A stretch of DNA of 64,000 nt from positions 43,653,743 to 43,717,742 of the forward strand of contig CM074515.1 of assembly GCA_037379345.1 (NCBI GenBank), given 5' to 3'. This DNA is from Perna viridis (lineage: Eukaryota). The position numbers were made by a program, and so were the translations under genes. The notes beneath the pieces were generated by a model, which saw nothing but the letters and a program-made list of their open reading frames with translations, had not been told where the DNA came from and made no database searches. Shown here one piece after another: positions 62,061 through 64,000 of this stretch; position 1 is the first letter of the stretch, and the number at the start of each line of letters is the position of its first letter.

Positions 62061-62319
62061 GGCTTGTGCTGAATAATACCTCAAGGCATGCCTGGCTTGT
62101 GCTGAATAATACCCCAAGTCATGCTTGGCTTGTGCTGAATAATACCTCATGGCATGCCTGGCTTGTGCTGAATAATACCTCAAGGCATGCCTGGCTTGTG
62201 CTGAATAATACCTCAAGGCATGCCTGGCTTGTGTTGAATAATACCTCATGGCATGCCTGGCTTGTGCTGAATAATACCTCAGGCATGCCTGGTTGTGCTG
62301 AATAATATCTCAAGGCATG
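62061..62319. repeat. 33-bp minisatellite, ~8 copies
   Basis: Unit GGCTTGTGCTGAATAATACCTCA(A/T)GGCATGCCT. Confidence 0.95.
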
Positions 62320-62940
62320 ATTATTGCCTAGCAAACTCAGGTTGGTGCCAATTCGAGTATTGTGAACACGTTGGAATTATGACAAAGACTATAAATCTTC
62401 TCATTTGTCCTTCCTTAAAATATGCCTGAACTTGATGTTAATCATACCTTTTACACAATGCAACATTTAAAGTCCTTCCAGTTTGCTGATCATGAATTAA
62501 TAAAGTAGATGCAGATGATTTTTTTATTATCATGAAAACAGACTTTTCTTCTGGTCACATGAACATAAGCAATCTTTTGCTGCAAACAGTTCCACAATGC
62601 ATGTGTGTTGATGTTTAACATTCAGTTTTTCACAATTTTCTGATTTAAAAAAAGTTCTTGTAGTTAGAATTTATTGAAAAATTTGATACTCCAAAAAATG
62701 CCCTGGTATACTGTATGTTGCATGTACATTTATTAGGTATCTAAAATCATTTGAAATTTTAAGTTAATTTGTTGATGAGGTTTGATCATAAAACTTCCAT
62801 GTAAGCTAGTATGTGCCAGGTGTTACCAGAGGACAAAGTTTTGAGGCATTGTTGATGAATATTTTATCATATTTTAGATGACATGCTAAGTGGACATCAT
62901 AAATCTATATGTGTTCTGTATGTTTTAAAATTTTTATTGA

Positions 62941-63197
62941 AAGAGCAATCAAGGGAACTTAGATAATCTAGTGGAAATCAGAAGAATGTAATCAGGGACT
63001 AAGACCAGACATGGAAAACAGACAAACATAACAAAGAACATAAAATAATTTAAAAAAAATATATATATACAAAGAAACCAAAAAGTAAATGAGCAACTAG
63101 GACTGTACTGAAAAGTGGGAGCATGGACTAGGTGCACTGGTAGGGTAAGTGTCCTCTGCTTTCTTAGAAACACCCACCGAGTTGCTCATAAAAAGTC
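62941..63197 (-). mobile_element. Penelope-like 3'-end copy
   Basis: Reverse complement of the family consensus, with TATTGAAAG direct repeats at 62935-62943 and 63204-63212. Confidence 0.87.
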
Positions 63198-63990
63198 GCA
63201 GTCTATTGAAAGTTTGTATCAGAATTTTTTTTCTTGACTGAGTCCATTTTCAAAACTTGAAAAAATATAAAACCATGTAATTCTATTTAAAACTCATTAA
63301 TTGTTCTTTTTCTGTGAGAATCAATATAAAAAATGTGAAAAAAAAAATACAAAACCCTATAGTAAGATCATATAAAAATATTTAAAAAATTATCAGTTGT
63401 TTTCTGCATGAATCCATTTAAAAAACATGAAGAAGAAAAAAACACAACAAGAGATTGTATTTAGTTAAATTTGTATTAAAAATCCATATCTAAAACATGA
63501 AAAAAAATAAAATTCCACTGATTATAAAGGGTATCCTTTTTCTATACTGTTGAAAGTGTAACATATCTAAAAGGTTTTTTTTCATAGGATATTTATTGAA
63601 AAGTCATGTTTACTCAGCTAATTCTATCTTTATCTAATAAATCCCCTTGTTGATTAGTTGGTAGATGGGTTCCGAAACAGATAGAATTGCAATATAAATT
63701 TTGATTGCTAGAAAATCAACAATTTGTGAATTGGTTGTAGTCATGTCTTGTTTGAATGGGACAAACAATTGTTTTAGTAATTTACAAAATAGAATTGCTC
63801 TGCAAATAGTGAAGCTGTATTAAACCGAGGGCTCGTGTGTCATACATATTTCATGGCTAGTAATTGTTAGCCCAAACTAGAGAGAATTTATCGCCTATTA
63901 GATGACATCTTTTATTGGCGCAATCCGTTCATTTTGTATTTTAATATTGACAAATCAATATTAGTCTTGTAATTGTATTTCTTGCAACAG

Positions 63991-64000
63991 AAACCAAGTG
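63991..64000 (+). CDS. Possible start of coding exon 5 of the CUB gene
   Basis: Acceptor-like TGTATTTCTTGCAACAG. A phase-1 join gives E-T-K-(C/W/stop), and only 10 nt are visible. Confidence 0.3.

Noticed and set aside
13687-62319. 30-38 bp periodic repeats (13687, 14753, 41957, 53868, 62061) as CRISPR arrays
   Set aside because: The units are head-to-tail with no unique spacers, there are no cas genes, and the context is eukaryotic intron.
6823-63173. Recurring hydrophobic ORFs (6823, 22650, 22775, 42961, 43025, 52595, 52701, 62949) as a small membrane-protein family
   Set aside because: They are translations of the T-rich non-coding 3' end of the Penelope-like repeat, with inconsistent frames and starts.
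1-64000. tRNA, rRNA or prokaryotic operon features
   Set aside because: None was seen. tRNA-like boxes occur only as degenerate SINE heads.

Overview
This is AT-rich animal genomic DNA, not prokaryotic. The repeat families resemble those I know from bivalve molluscs, which is an inference. (1) 1-~6075 holds a decayed minus-strand CR1-group LINE with an L1-type ORF1 and an APE-RT-CCHC ORF2 preceded by a 2A-like GIEPNPGP peptide. It carries two nested retroposon insertions. (2) From 8537 onward lies the 5' part of a plus-strand spliced gene encoding a signal peptide and one CUB domain. Exons are 8537-8633, 15770-16014, 20747-20838 and 31171-31232, with consistent splice phases, and a possible fifth exon starts at 63991. 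(3) The introns contain many non-autonomous elements: 3'-end copies of a Penelope-like (probably Naiad-type) element, tRNA-SINEs, Helentron-associated (HINE-like) elements, several MITE families and minisatellites. Almost all short ORFs in the supplied track are spurious. The best leads for undescribed biology are RNA-level: a multi-stem structure in the Penelope-like 3' end, a 7x reiteration of its terminal 38 nt, a pseudoknot-headed 515-bp retroposon lacking a tRNA head, and an intronic array of seven pre-miRNA-sized hairpins. None is proven from sequence alone.
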